64,000 nucleotides of DNA, from the NCBI GenBank assembly GCA_965215015.1, contig OZ244042.1:2464001-2528000 (forward strand). Reading direction: 5' to 3'. Shown in pieces: positions 1-10,374 of this stretch (positions are counted from its first letter, which is position 1; each line of letters starts with the position of its first letter). The translations under genes and the position numbers were made by a program. The notes below the pieces were generated by a model, which saw only the letters and a list, made by a program, of their open reading frames with translations, searched no databases and was not told where the DNA came from. The DNA is from Candidatus Poribacteria bacterium (GTDB taxonomy: Bacteria; Poribacteria; WGA-4E; PCPOR2b).

Positions 1-449
1 ATCTCCGACGAATAGATATCCTCAACCGGCCCAACCGTCTCAATATATTCAGCGGGTGGGTCTTCCGCGGCGATAGCGATATCCGCTCCGGCTTCAAGCA
101 TTCGTAGTAGTTTTTTCTTCGTAACGAGTAGGGCGGTTTTCTCTACAAAACCCGACAATTTTGCACGCTCAAATAATGTTGGTGCAAGCAGAAAGCGATT
201 ATCTTCAATAAACTCCCCTTTTCCCGTCTCACGATCAACATGGTAGTTGGTCGTGATGCCGTGCGTTTCGGGGAAGGTTCCTGTCGCAAGGCTCACATTG
301 TTGACATTTGTGACCGAGGGAATAACTGACCTCACGTGTTGATAGAAACCATCTTTCATCAGTTTTTGGATATTTGGTATATCACTGGCGGCGAGGTAGT
401 CGTGTCCGCCGGCATCAATACAAATAATCAAAACCTTGCGTTGGCTCAA
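1..449 (-). CDS. phnA: Phosphonoacetate hydrolase-like alkaline phosphatase superfamily protein (runs off window)
   Basis: Not in the ORF track. Manual translation from TTG 449 (overlapping the upstream TGA) gives MSQRKVLIICIDAGGHDYL...RSVIPSVTNVNNVSLATGTFPETHGITTNY, with the PhnA-type metal Asp and nucleophile motif. Confidence 0.75.
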   Translation of the reverse strand, partial: MSQRKVLIICIDAGGHDYLAASDIPNIQKLMKDGFYQHVRSVIPSVTNVNNVSLATGTFPETHGITTNYHVDRETGKGEFIEDNRFLLAPTLFERAKLSGFVEKTALLVTKKKLLRMLEAGADIAIAAEDPPAEYIETVGPVEDIYSSE

Positions 450-1555
450 AGTGCCCTCCCTTCTAGAGTTGGATTAATGCCAACTCGGATCAAATCGCCC
501 TGCATTGCTCGCTCAAACGCAGCGTTGATTTCCCCTAGGGGATAGACTGCACCGACTAATTCCTCAAATGGATAACGCTCTCGCGTCTCCTCGATAAACC
601 GAAGCGCGTCTCCTAGCGCAGATGGATGATAATTATGATTGCCTCGCACCGTCAAGCATTTTGTCACAATCTTATGTGCGTCCATCGTGATGTCGGCGTG
701 TGGGAAGACGTAGCCGAGCGTCAAACAGCTTCCACCGATTCCTAGCCAATCGAGGGAATTGACCAGCGCAGCCCCTGCACCGCTTACCTCTACAGCGAAA
801 TCTACACCGCGTCCACCTGTTAAATCGTGTAAGGCTTCCCCAATTTCAACCGCAGAATCTTCTGACAGGTTAAACGTATGGGTTGCACCGAAAGCTTCCG
901 CGATGTGGAGACGTTCCGGGACAGGGTCTACGCAGGCAACAATTTCAAACCCGCGTTCACGTAAAAAGCACGCGGCATAGATACCTAACATGCCCGCCCC
1001 TTGAACAACTGTGCTAGATCCTCTGGCAAGGTCAAGAGTTGCCAACCCATCTAAAACAGTGGCGAGGGCACAGTTGAGTGGTGCTGCTTCAAGGTTGCTA
1101 ACGGCATCGGGGATACGATAAATTGCTGTTCCCGGTCGAAGGCAAATCCCCTCCGCAAAACCACCGTTGAGGAAATACGGAGCTTCACTCCGGGCATGCC
1201 CATACTTGAACAGCTTCTCACACTTCTGTGGCAGATTTCGTTCATTACAGTATTCGCACGCCCCACACGCAGCCATGATGCTCCACGTCACGCGATCGCC
1301 TTCGTGCAAAGGTTCGCCATACGCATCACGAACCTTCGTTGGACCGGCGATACGTCCAACCGCTTCGTGGCCTAACACACACGGTACGGGTGCGGTTCGC
1401 TGTCCTGTAAAAGTATGTAGGTCTGAACCACAAATCGTTGCTAACGACACCCGAACCAGTACCTCGTCTATATTCGGTGCGGCGATGTTCCGTTCACAAA
1501 GTTCAAATGGTTGACTCGCGCCGCGAAAGAGTGCAATCGAAGCCCGCTGACCCAT
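446..1555 (-). CDS. Zn-dependent alcohol dehydrogenase, phosphonate-catabolism-associated (HpnZ-like)
   Basis: CGSDLH, GHE, structural Zn C-x2-C-x2-C-x8-C, GAGMLG; translationally coupled to the phnA-like gene. Confidence 0.8.
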   Translation of the reverse strand: MGQRASIALFRGASQPFELCERNIAAPNIDEVLVRVSLATICGSDLHTFTGQRTAPVPCVLGHEAVGRIAGPTKVRDAYGEPLHEGDRVTWSIMAACGACEYCNERNLPQKCEKLFKYGHARSEAPYFLNGGFAEGICLRPGTAIYRIPDAVSNLEAAPLNCALATVLDGLATLDLARGSSTVVQGAGMLGIYAACFLRERGFEIVACVDPVPERLHIAEAFGATHTFNLSEDSAVEIGEALHDLTGGRGVDFAVEVSGAGAALVNSLDWLGIGGSCLTLGYVFPHADITMDAHKIVTKCLTVRGNHNYHPSALGDALRFIEETRERYPFEELVGAVYPLGEINAAFERAMQGDLIRVGINPTLEGRAL

Positions 1556-1679
1556 AAAATTTCCTTTTAGACAAGAAATGAATGTGCATTTTGGCTACAC
1601 CTCATTCATTTTAGGTTGTCTGTTAATTTTACTATATGTTACAATGTTTTATAATGTTTTCCTATTAAAAACCATATAA

Positions 1680-4007
1680 ATGAGAGGGTTTATGGAAACT
1701 CGAACACAGTATTTAACTATCAAAGAGGCTGCTGAATTATTAGGGGTAACGCCTACCACCTTGCGTAATTGGGACCGATCGGGCAAATTAATCGCTCGCC
1801 GTGATCCTGTCAATGATTATCGTTTATATGCCGTTGAGGATATTTCACAGTTTTTGGGGGAACGAAGTAGAGCCTACACTAATGCCCTTGATACAATACC
1901 TATCCAGCCTGTCTTATTTCCGTTAACTTCATCTCCTTCTAATACAAAAGGACCGTTAGATACGCGCTCGTTACGCCTATTGGTTCGTCAAATGAGTACA
2001 GCTTTTCGTGATTCAATGGGCGGCAGCTTACTGGAACGGTTTGAAGAAATCTCAAAGCTCCTGTACTGCAAGCTGTATGACGAACGACAATCCCAAGTAT
2101 CAGGAAATTACAAACCGTGCTTCCGGCACCAACACAGCGACTCCCTTGATGAAACTTATCTAAGAACTACCAAGCTTTATCGCGATGCGATAAAGCTCTT
2201 ACCAGATATTTTAACGGAGGGTTATCAAAAATTAAGTAATGACAGAAAAGCAATTGTGCGAATTGTTGAGATTTTACAAGATGTCAGCCTGATTAATATT
2301 CCGGTAGATGTAAAAGGGACAGTTTATGAAGAGTTGATTCGCAATACATTCGAGAAATCCGATAACCAGCAATTTTTTACGCCGCGCCCTGTCGTTGAGT
2401 TTATGGTACAATTTCTCAATCCTCAATACGATCAGATACTCTGTGACCCTGCCTGTGGTAGTGGTGGTTTTCTGATAGAAGCGTCGAAATATATTCATAG
2501 AATTCTAGGCGAGCAAACGCCGGAAAATCGCACGGCGTACCTATCCAACCACATCATTGGATTAGAAATTGATAAACGCATGGCTTGGGTTACCCAAATG
2601 AATTTAATCATGCACGGTGATGGACATGGTAATATTCATCATCTAAACGCTGGTGGTTCCTTAGGGTTTTCAGATTATATTGATCGGTTGATTCAACCTG
2701 CTAGTCTTGATTTAATTTTGACCAATCCACCATTTGGGAGCGATTTTTCCGATGCCAACCATCTTGCAAAGTATCAACTTGGTCGAGGAAGGTCATCTCG
2801 GCGTCGAGGAATCCTTTTCATTGAACGATGCGTTGGCTGGCTAAAAAGGGGTGGCCGTTTAGGGATTATTATCGAAGATAGTGTGCTGAATGGTGCCTCG
2901 AATAGCGATGTACGTGATTTAACCCTTAAACATTGTATTGTGGAAGCCGTTATTAGCTTACCTGATGTAACATTTATGCCCTATTCTAGCGCGAAAACCT
3001 CTATCCTATTCTTATGCAAGCACCCTAATGCTAGGAAAGTACAACCTCCAATTTTTATGGCGAATGTAGACCATGTGGGACGCAAACCAAATGGCGACCC
3101 ACTTTATACAGCCGGTAGGGATGAAAACGGCCGTTCATTGCTGCAGAATGAATTGCCAAACGTGATTGATGCCTGGCAAACTTATGTTGCGAAAGATGAA
3201 AACGCTATTGCCCACTTATCACCTAAAATTTATATTTGTCCGCCAGATCGATTTCAAAACGGTTCGGGAACGAGGCTTGATGTTCAATTCCATCACCCTT
3301 CTCGTAAAGTCGCCGAGAATACATTACGCAGATCCATTTACCCAACACCAAAATTGGCGGAACTCGTTGTTGTGCGAAATGTCACCGTTGTACCAAAAAC
3401 ACGAGATCCAGATGAAGTTTGGCACTATATCGGATTGGGAAATATCACCGCCGAAACAGGAGAGTATACCCTATCTAGCATAATGGGCAGTCAAATCAAG
3501 AGTGCAGTTCGTCTTTTTCACGCCGGGGACATTCTGTTTTCCAAACTGCGTCCTGAACTCCGCAAGTGTGTCTTAATACGAGCAGACGAGGACGAAGGCT
3601 TTGCCTCATCCGAATGTTTGGTATTCTGCACATTAGCGGATGCCATACGCGATCCTCTACTGCACAACGCTGCCTATCAGAGGAATCTGATACAGCAGCA
3701 TCAGGTTGACCGTGAATATCTGGCATTCATCTTACGCAGCGATATTGTCTTTGGGCAGCTAATTTATCAAATTACCGGCGTTGGTCGGCCCCGCGTCAGT
3801 CAGTCCGCGATACTTGGACTACGAATTCCGGTGCCGCCTCTTTCCATACAGCATGAAATTGTTACTGGATACAAGATAGCCTGGAAACACCATCTTGAAT
3901 GTCGTAAGCGAAGTACCGTAGCACTGCGTGAAGGGGATACAGCCTTGAAGACAGCGTATACCCATACCTGTGAAAGGTTGTGTCCTACATTGCAACGCTT
4001 CGTCTAA
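1680..4007 (+). CDS. MerR-type HTH + N6-adenine DNA methyltransferase + target-recognition (HsdS-like) domain fusion
   Basis: LTIKEAAELLGVTPTTLRNWD HTH; QFFTPR, DPACGSGGFL and NPPF motifs; C-terminal GDILFSKLRP...TGVGRPRV...IPVPPLSIQ TRD. Confidence 0.85.
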   Translation: MRGFMETRTQYLTIKEAAELLGVTPTTLRNWDRSGKLIARRDPVNDYRLYAVEDISQFLGERSRAYTNALDTIPIQPVLFPLTSSPSNTKGPLDTRSLRLLVRQMSTAFRDSMGGSLLERFEEISKLLYCKLYDERQSQVSGNYKPCFRHQHSDSLDETYLRTTKLYRDAIKLLPDILTEGYQKLSNDRKAIVRIVEILQDVSLINIPVDVKGTVYEELIRNTFEKSDNQQFFTPRPVVEFMVQFLNPQYDQILCDPACGSGGFLIEASKYIHRILGEQTPENRTAYLSNHIIGLEIDKRMAWVTQMNLIMHGDGHGNIHHLNAGGSLGFSDYIDRLIQPASLDLILTNPPFGSDFSDANHLAKYQLGRGRSSRRRGILFIERCVGWLKRGGRLGIIIEDSVLNGASNSDVRDLTLKHCIVEAVISLPDVTFMPYSSAKTSILFLCKHPNARKVQPPIFMANVDHVGRKPNGDPLYTAGRDENGRSLLQNELPNVIDAWQTYVAKDENAIAHLSPKIYICPPDRFQNGSGTRLDVQFHHPSRKVAENTLRRSIYPTPKLAELVVVRNVTVVPKTRDPDEVWHYIGLGNITAETGEYTLSSIMGSQIKSAVRLFHAGDILFSKLRPELRKCVLIRADEDEGFASSECLVFCTLADAIRDPLLHNAAYQRNLIQQHQVDREYLAFILRSDIVFGQLIYQITGVGRPRVSQSAILGLRIPVPPLSIQHEIVTGYKIAWKHHLECRKRSTVALREGDTALKTAYTHTCERLCPTLQRFV

Positions 4008-4134
4008 AACTCATGTTTCATTATGTTTACTCCTTCCTAACCGATTTCTTGGAGAACGTTGATCAACTTGCTCAAGAAAGTCCATGAATTTGTGCATGGT
4101 ATCACTCAGTTCTTCCGATTCCACTGTATCCTGC

Positions 4135-5289
4135 TTATTGACCACGCCGCCAAAGCCGAAACGCAAGTATCGCCGAAATAACAACCATTCCACTAGCCAC
4201 AACAAACGGTAGGTGAATAGCCATTGATTCGAGTCTGCCCCCAACCATGTGTCCTGAGAGGAAACCTGAACTCCACGCCAGATGGGTAATCCCAACCCCT
4301 CGTCCCTTTTCTTCTGTTGCAAAAAATTCATCGATAAGACGGGGCATTGTGATTGAAACTGACCACGCTGCCCCCGCGCTGAAAACCCCCAACGCAAATA
4401 GAAGGATTATTGAATCTGTATTCAGCGTAATCATCACTGCACTTAGGGCGACAAGACAGGTTGCCACGAGGGCGGTGAGTTTAGCCCCGACAACGTCACA
4501 AATGCGCCCTGAGATCAGTTGGCAGCAAGCGGCAAATAAATCTCTTGATGCGCCGTAGTAGCCTGCCAGCCTGATACCTGAAGTACGTGCGATTAGAACC
4601 GGCAGCAGGAGACTAACCGTTCCCCAATAGTAAGTCGGCAGAAAACGCATGCCGAGCAGTAAGCGAATTTCTCGACGTCGAAGCATTTCCCAATACCCTG
4701 CCAACATTTGGGTGAAAGATTTTCGCTCATCGCTCCCGCGTGGCAGGCGAGGTAGAAGGATAAGTGCTACTAAAATAAGCAGAATCATGACGAGGATTGT
4801 CCCCCTACCAACAACCCCGTAATTGAAGCGATCGATTAGCTCACCGCCGATTGCGCTACCCACTGAGCCTCCGAATGTATACGTCAGGAAATAGACAGCG
4901 GCGGCCAAGCCGAGCCGATTCGCGTCAACGGCACTGATGAGATATGATTGTCCACCCGCTGTGCGAAAGCCGGAAGCAATCCCCTGATAGCACAGCACCC
5001 CCCAAATCAGCAACGGTTGCTTACTTATGAACACAATTCCTACAACCAATGCCCCTGTCATGCCCAAGATTAACGTGGACTTCCGGCCCAACCGATCACT
5101 TAATGCACCACCGACCAAAGCAAACAGACCGCCGAGTGCGATTGGGATTGCCCGTAATAACGCAGCAAACCATACCGTTTTTCCCAGTGCCTCCTCCACG
5201 TAGACTGGGAAGAGGAGTTCGATGGGTGCGGTGACAAGCCCTGCTGCAAGTAGGATAAGGCACAATGAGATGAATTGGCGATTCCACAT
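4135..5289 (-). CDS. MFS transporter
   Basis: GALSDRLGRK motif A and about 12 hydrophobic segments. Confidence 0.9.
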   Translation of the reverse strand: MWNRQFISLCLILLAAGLVTAPIELLFPVYVEEALGKTVWFAALLRAIPIALGGLFALVGGALSDRLGRKSTLILGMTGALVVGIVFISKQPLLIWGVLCYQGIASGFRTAGGQSYLISAVDANRLGLAAAVYFLTYTFGGSVGSAIGGELIDRFNYGVVGRGTILVMILLILVALILLPRLPRGSDERKSFTQMLAGYWEMLRRREIRLLLGMRFLPTYYWGTVSLLLPVLIARTSGIRLAGYYGASRDLFAACCQLISGRICDVVGAKLTALVATCLVALSAVMITLNTDSIILLFALGVFSAGAAWSVSITMPRLIDEFFATEEKGRGVGITHLAWSSGFLSGHMVGGRLESMAIHLPFVVASGMVVISAILAFRLWRRGQ

Positions 5290-5533
5290 CAGATTAAGGA
5301 CACCTGTCTTTATCGGTTTTCAGATGAGGTACACATAGGCATATCTCCATCGTCAACTACGCCAAACTAATGCTTAACGGAAAACGAGAGTTACCGCACA
5401 ATCGGTACATCCATTATACAGATTTTAATAAAAGGAATGCAAGGTTTTAATTGATGTTTGCCGTTGTATCGTGTGGAATAAATATGATAAAATAACAAGG
5501 AAAATCAGAACGAGCTATAAGAAGGAGAAAGAT

Positions 5534-6559
5534 ATGAATTATAGACGTTTAGGCAGAACTGGACTCAAAGTTTCAGAGGTCTGTCTAGGAACAATGACCT
5601 TTGGGGCAGTCGGCTGGGGCAACAATGAAGCTGAAGCGGATACAATCTTCAACTTCGCGTTGGATGCCGGCATTAACTTTTATGATGTTGCAAATTCCTA
5701 CGCTGAGGGTCAATCAGAAGTAATTTTGGGACGTATCATGAAAGGGAAGCGAGACAAACTTATTATCGCTACCAAAGTGTTCAATCCGATGGGAACAGAC
5801 ATCAACGATTCCGGGACTTCGCGGGTGCATATTATGCAATCGGTTGAGGACAGCTTGAGACGCCTACAAATCGATCATATTGATCTCTACCTCATCCATC
5901 ATGTCGATAGGGAAACACCAACTGAGGAACGCTTGCGTGCCCTCGATGATCTTGTACACCAAGGCAAGGTTCGCTACATCGGTTGCAGCAACGAGTACGC
6001 TTGGCGATTGTGTGACGCCCTGTGGATTAGCGAGGTGAAGAATCTAGCGCGCTATGAAGCCCTTCAACCTCAGTACAATTTGCTAACCCGCGACATTGAA
6101 GAAGAAATTTTACCGGTTTGTCGTGATAAGGGGATCGGTGTGTATGTCTGGGGACCATTAGCGTCGGGATACTTAACCGGAAAGTATAAGCCGGGCGAGC
6201 CACCCCCCGAGGATTCGCGCTTTGCTCGAAGGGCAGAATCTTCAATCGATCGATACCTTGACCCACGAATACAGAAAATCCTAGAAGCACTCCAAGATAT
6301 AGCACAAGGGTTGGGCAAGAGCATGGCACAGGTGGCTTTGCGGTGGATTTTAGAACAGGAGGGAATAACTTCAGTTATCGTTGGATCAACGAAAGTGGAA
6401 CAACTCCGCGATAACATCGGTTGTTCGGGTTGGAGTCTGCCTGCCGATGCCTTGGCAGTGTTGAACGAAGCTTCCGCCCCTCCAGTTCGTTACCCAGATT
6501 CGATGGAGTTGAATATCCATGAACGTCGAGCGAATGCCGTGGATATGCCGACTCTATAG
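5534..6559 (+). CDS. Aldo/keto reductase
   Basis: LGRTGLKVSEVCLGTMTFG, IDLYLIH, GKVRYIGCSN; ATG 5534 follows AAGGAG. Confidence 0.9.
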   Translation: MNYRRLGRTGLKVSEVCLGTMTFGAVGWGNNEAEADTIFNFALDAGINFYDVANSYAEGQSEVILGRIMKGKRDKLIIATKVFNPMGTDINDSGTSRVHIMQSVEDSLRRLQIDHIDLYLIHHVDRETPTEERLRALDDLVHQGKVRYIGCSNEYAWRLCDALWISEVKNLARYEALQPQYNLLTRDIEEEILPVCRDKGIGVYVWGPLASGYLTGKYKPGEPPPEDSRFARRAESSIDRYLDPRIQKILEALQDIAQGLGKSMAQVALRWILEQEGITSVIVGSTKVEQLRDNIGCSGWSLPADALAVLNEASAPPVRYPDSMELNIHERRANAVDMPTL

Positions 6560-6573
6560 GCATGGGGTGTAAT

Positions 6574-7604
6574 TTGACATACTCTCCGCGCTGAAGGACG
6601 GAGATTCTTTTGATTGTCCTTCAGCCGGAAATTGTGCTATCGTGCTTGTTAGGCAATGCTTAACAAGCTGCGAGGTGAGCCATCCGCAGATGGTCTGACA
6701 GTCTCTCCTGCCGGGGGTGATGCCCCAACCCGATAGATATTAACCGCTGCGTTGCGGTCTCCATCGAACTGTGTGTGGCAGTTCAAACACTGCCATATCC
6801 TATCTCGTAGATTCAACACTTCATTCACAGTACCGCAAGCCGAACACGTCTGACTGGAGGGATACCACTTGTCCCGGATTATCTCCCTGCTTGCGGGGGG
6901 ATAGAGGGGGCTTCTCCCTGTTGCAGGGGACAATCCTTACCCCCGGCCCCGTAAACGGGGAGAAGAAAATGAAAGTGATTTTAACACCCTTTGTGGGAAG
7001 CAGTATGCACCAATTTCTTGATGAAGTCTGCAAAGCCTAAATCACTCACCTCGCGACCCCAAAGTGCCTTCATGTCTTACTGGTTCAAATCCTCAAACCG
7101 TATCTCGTCGTATCTGTCAGTGAGTTGGTGAGCAAGTTTCCAGTGGGAGTCAATCTGTTGGCGTTCAATTCTGCGGTGCTTCCGTGCCGAGTCAAGCCTG
7201 GCACGTTCCCGATTGTTTGAACCTTTACGCTTGGTGCTGTGCTTGCGACTTGCCCGTCTGATAGCGTTGAAACTGCGTTTGAGAAACTGGGGCGATTCTA
7301 TATCGTGTCCGTTGAACCCCGTGAGATACCGTTTGAGACCGAAATCGAAGCCTGCGATGTGACCCCGTCATGGCTCGGTTAAGGCCTCCATTTACATGGT
7401 CAGTTGGAATACAGACATAGACATTACCAATAGCGTCTCGTTTGATGGTGCAACGCTTGGGCAATGGTGTAGAACCTTCCCACAAAAGCCAAGGCGAATA
7501 TACCCGATTTAACTTACAGTTTCAACCGTTTTTTTTAGACGGTAACACGAGTAGTCAATCTGTATCCCCCCTTAAAAGACGGGGTTTTAGATCGGAAGCT
7601 CTTG
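6574..7604 (-). mobile_element. tnpB: Degenerate IS200/IS605-family element with tnpB pseudogene
   Basis: Frameshifted TnpB fragments (FEDLN, SSQTCSACG, WQCLNC, DRNAAVNI); right end ...GAATCTCCGTCCTTCAGCGCGGAGAGTATGTCAA; left-end hairpin CCCCGTCTTTTAAGGGGGG; interrupted by a GC-rich palindromic insert at about 6873-6965. Confidence 0.85.
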
Positions 7605-7620
7605 ATAAAGGAGTGAAATC

Positions 7621-8904
7621 GTGAGTGAGACAAACTATCAAGTTGGTACTGCCAAAATTGATATCACGCCTGATTTTCCAGTGCGCCTCAGCGGCTATGG
7701 CGGCCGACGAGATGAGGCTGATAGCATTGAACAGCGGATTTGGGCAAAGGCGTTAGCGATTCGCAACGGAGCCGAAAGTCCTGCGGTGTTAATGACGGTG
7801 GATAACTGCGGCGTGCCAGATTACATCACTGCGGCGGTCGCAGCGGAGTTAAATCAGGACGCAGGTATTCCTCGCGAACAATTTGTGATCTGCTCGACAC
7901 ATACCCACAGTGCACCATACCTCGCAGGCGTGCTGCGGACGCTGTTTGGTGTGCCGATTCCCGAAGCACATCAAGAGAACGTTGACCGCTACACCCACGA
8001 ATTGACGGAAAAACTGAAGCAGGTGGCAAAAACAGCACTCGCTAATCTCTGCCCTGTTTCGCTTGCTTGGGGGGAAGGAAGAGTTGGGTTCGCCGATAAT
8101 CGGCGGACGAAAGGTGGACCTGTTGACCACGCCCTGCCTATGCTTTGTGCGACAGGAGTCAACGGTGAGCTGCGAGCCATTCTTACCAGTTACGCCTGCC
8201 ATTGCACCACATTAGGCGGTGATTTCAATGCCGTTTGTGGAGACTGGGCAGGCTTTGCGGGTGCCTATATTGAAGCGGATTACCCTGATGCAACTGCGCT
8301 GGTAGCAATTGGATGTGCAGGGGACGCAAACCCCGCACCACGTACCGGGCTGAATTTCGCACGGCAACATGGCCACGCAATCGCTGCTGAAGTAAATCGA
8401 CTCCTTGGTAGCGACCTTGCCGCAATACAGGGAAAACTCAGTGGACAAATCAAATGTATCGACTTGCCCTTCGACGAATTACCTACCCGTCAGGAGTGGG
8501 AAGAGCGTGTGGAGCAAAGCGGGGCAATCGGCTACCACGCTCAGATACAACTTAAACGACTGGACCGCGGTGAAGCCCTTCAAACAACGCTCTCCTACCC
8601 TGTCCAAATCTGGAATTTTGCAGATGAACTCGCAATCGTTTTTCTCCCCGGCGAGGTAGTCGTTGATTACTCAATTCGTCTCAAGCGTGAGTGTGATGCT
8701 TCGCGTCTGTGGGTCAATGCGTACTGCAACGACGTGCCGTGCTACATTCCTTCGAGACGTATTTTGAGGGAGGGTGGCTACGAAGGCGAAGGAGCGATGA
8801 TCTACTACGATCGCCCAACGCGCTTCGCACCGACAGTGGAAGATATGATTATCCGTACCGTCCATGAACTGCTACCAGAGACGTTTCGTGTGGACGGCCC
8901 TTGA
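7621..8904 (+). CDS. Neutral/alkaline ceramidase-like hydrolase
   Basis: DITP, THTHSAP, YACHCT, GCAGDANP, PGEVVVDY motifs. Confidence 0.75.
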   Translation: MSETNYQVGTAKIDITPDFPVRLSGYGGRRDEADSIEQRIWAKALAIRNGAESPAVLMTVDNCGVPDYITAAVAAELNQDAGIPREQFVICSTHTHSAPYLAGVLRTLFGVPIPEAHQENVDRYTHELTEKLKQVAKTALANLCPVSLAWGEGRVGFADNRRTKGGPVDHALPMLCATGVNGELRAILTSYACHCTTLGGDFNAVCGDWAGFAGAYIEADYPDATALVAIGCAGDANPAPRTGLNFARQHGHAIAAEVNRLLGSDLAAIQGKLSGQIKCIDLPFDELPTRQEWEERVEQSGAIGYHAQIQLKRLDRGEALQTTLSYPVQIWNFADELAIVFLPGEVVVDYSIRLKRECDASRLWVNAYCNDVPCYIPSRRILREGGYEGEGAMIYYDRPTRFAPTVEDMIIRTVHELLPETFRVDGP

Positions 8905-8929
8905 TAGGTAGGAATCAAGATAGCTTGAG

Positions 8930-8964
8930 CCATTGCACAACCTACAGTCCTGTTGTGCAATGGC
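8930..8964. terminator. Hairpin between convergent genes (likely bidirectional terminator)
   Basis: GCCATTGCACAA...TTGTGCAATGGC inverted repeat. Confidence 0.55.
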
Positions 8965-8972
8965 AGCATTCA

Positions 8973-9317
8973 CTATCCTTGTAGCGCAGCAATGGCTTCA
9001 GCCTCGCTGTCGAAATGTTCAAAGATAGTAATTAGTCTCCCTATCACAAGGAGATTGTTGATATTGTTACTGACGTTAATAACACCGATCCGCCCGCCCT
9101 TGCGTGCGACAGATACGTGCAATCCTATCAGCGTTCCAAGTCCGGAACTATCCATCCGGGATACCTCGGCAAAATCAAACAGAAATTTGGGAGATTCGGC
9201 GGCATCCCTCAGTTGCTCTGCAATCACCTCTCTGAGCTCACCCCCCGCAACGCCTACAATTCTTCCACCGAGTTTCAAGACGATAACACCATCTTTGTTT
9301 TCAACATTGATATCCAT
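8973..9317 (-). CDS. STAS-domain anti-sigma factor antagonist
   Basis: FDFAEVSRMDSSGLGTL motif; ATG 9317 follows AGGAG. Confidence 0.9.
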   Translation of the reverse strand: MDINVENKDGVIVLKLGGRIVGVAGGELREVIAEQLRDAAESPKFLFDFAEVSRMDSSGLGTLIGLHVSVARKGGRIGVINVSNNINNLLVIGRLITIFEHFDSEAEAIAALQG

Positions 9318-9558
9318 CAATTCTTCTCCTGAAATATTGTTCGGCAAAAGCCGGTTGTTTTGAAAAGTACAGATTCGCTATTTTCTGTCTGCTTTCATTC
9401 TAAATGATGTACTATTTTTTGTCAAGTCTACTTTTCTGGATTTGCTGGGCTACTCAACGAAATTAGGATTGAACGCAGCGAGAATCTCGCGGCATAGGGA
9501 AAAGGAAGCAAAAAACGCGACAATTCGTTAATCTATCTAAATTTGTCAGGAATCAAAC

Positions 9559-9586
9559 TTGACAAAGCCATCCCTTTGATGATACT
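9559..9586 (+). promoter_or_regulatory. Sigma70-type promoter for the rplM operon
   Basis: TTGACA-16 nt-GATACT. Confidence 0.5.
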
Positions 9587-9633
9587 ATTTCAGGTTGTTG
9601 TGCCTATTGTTTGAAATGTAATAATTCAAGTTA

Positions 9634-9824
9634 CTAGAGCGGGTTGACATTTCACTGTGACAGATTCAGAGAACGTAGTAATCACCCTGCCCCCGCCAAA
9701 ACCGAGGTGGTCGTCCGAAAGTGTCTCTAGCTGCTTTGAATCCCGATCTTATCGGGGGTGCATCAAATCGAAGACTCTCAGAACGGTGATTAGTTTAATT
9801 CTGTCAAATGCCAACAGAATCTAG
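9634..9824. ncRNA. Candidate rod-shaped structured RNA (6S-like size), strand uncertain
   Basis: Nested complementary arms CTAG/CTAG, GTTGACATTT/AAATGCCAAC, TGACAGA/TCTGTCA, TAATCACC/GGTGATTA and apical CCCGAT/ATCGGG. Confidence 0.4.
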
Positions 9825-9920
9825 CTATTGCCCCGTTAAGAACTCGGTGACAATTCGAGTTAAGGTAGTTGTCGAAAATCTCCCGCTGCGACGCGGTGGG
9901 AAGTTGTTGAAGGTAAAATC

Positions 9921-10355
9921 ATGCTTGCAATGAAAACATCTTTTGTTGGATCTGATACGGATATCAAATGGTGTGTTGTAGATGCAAATGGGAAGGTCCT
10001 CGGGCGTCTAGCCACTCAAATTGCGATGATGCTTCGAGGGAAACATCACCCTACTTTCACCCCACACGCCGATATGGGTTATCGTGTAGCCGTTATCAAC
10101 GCTGAAAAAATCGTTGTCACAGGAAACAAAGCAACAGACAAAACCTACTTTCGTTATAGCGGCTACCCCGGTGGAGCGAAAGTGAGAACTTTTGAAGAGC
10201 AGATGCAGAGAAAGCCGGAAGAAATTCTACGACACGCTGTCAAAGGAATGCTCCCCAAAAACCGTCTGGGGCGCAAACTGATCAGAAAGCTAAAAATCTA
10301 TGTGGGACCAAACCATCCTCACCAAGCACAGCGTCCGAAAGTATTAGACGTGTAA
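9921..10355 (+). CDS. rplM: 50S ribosomal protein L13
   Basis: [34 protein letters not shown]. Confidence 0.98.
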   Translation: MLAMKTSFVGSDTDIKWCVVDANGKVLGRLATQIAMMLRGKHHPTFTPHADMGYRVAVINAEKIVVTGNKATDKTYFRYSGYPGGAKVRTFEEQMQRKPEEILRHAVKGMLPKNRLGRKLIRKLKIYVGPNHPHQAQRPKVLDV

Positions 10356-10374
10356 TTTTTTTAGAGGAGGAAGT

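Noticed and set aside
1615-1665. Pho box for the phosphonate operon
   Set aside because: Only one GTAAC half-site, without the 10-bp-spaced -10 seen at the other four sites
4011-4397. 128-aa minus-strand ORF that might be a restriction partner of the MTase
   Set aside because: Mostly overlaps the MFS gene in another frame and has no nuclease motif; at most a short remnant tail
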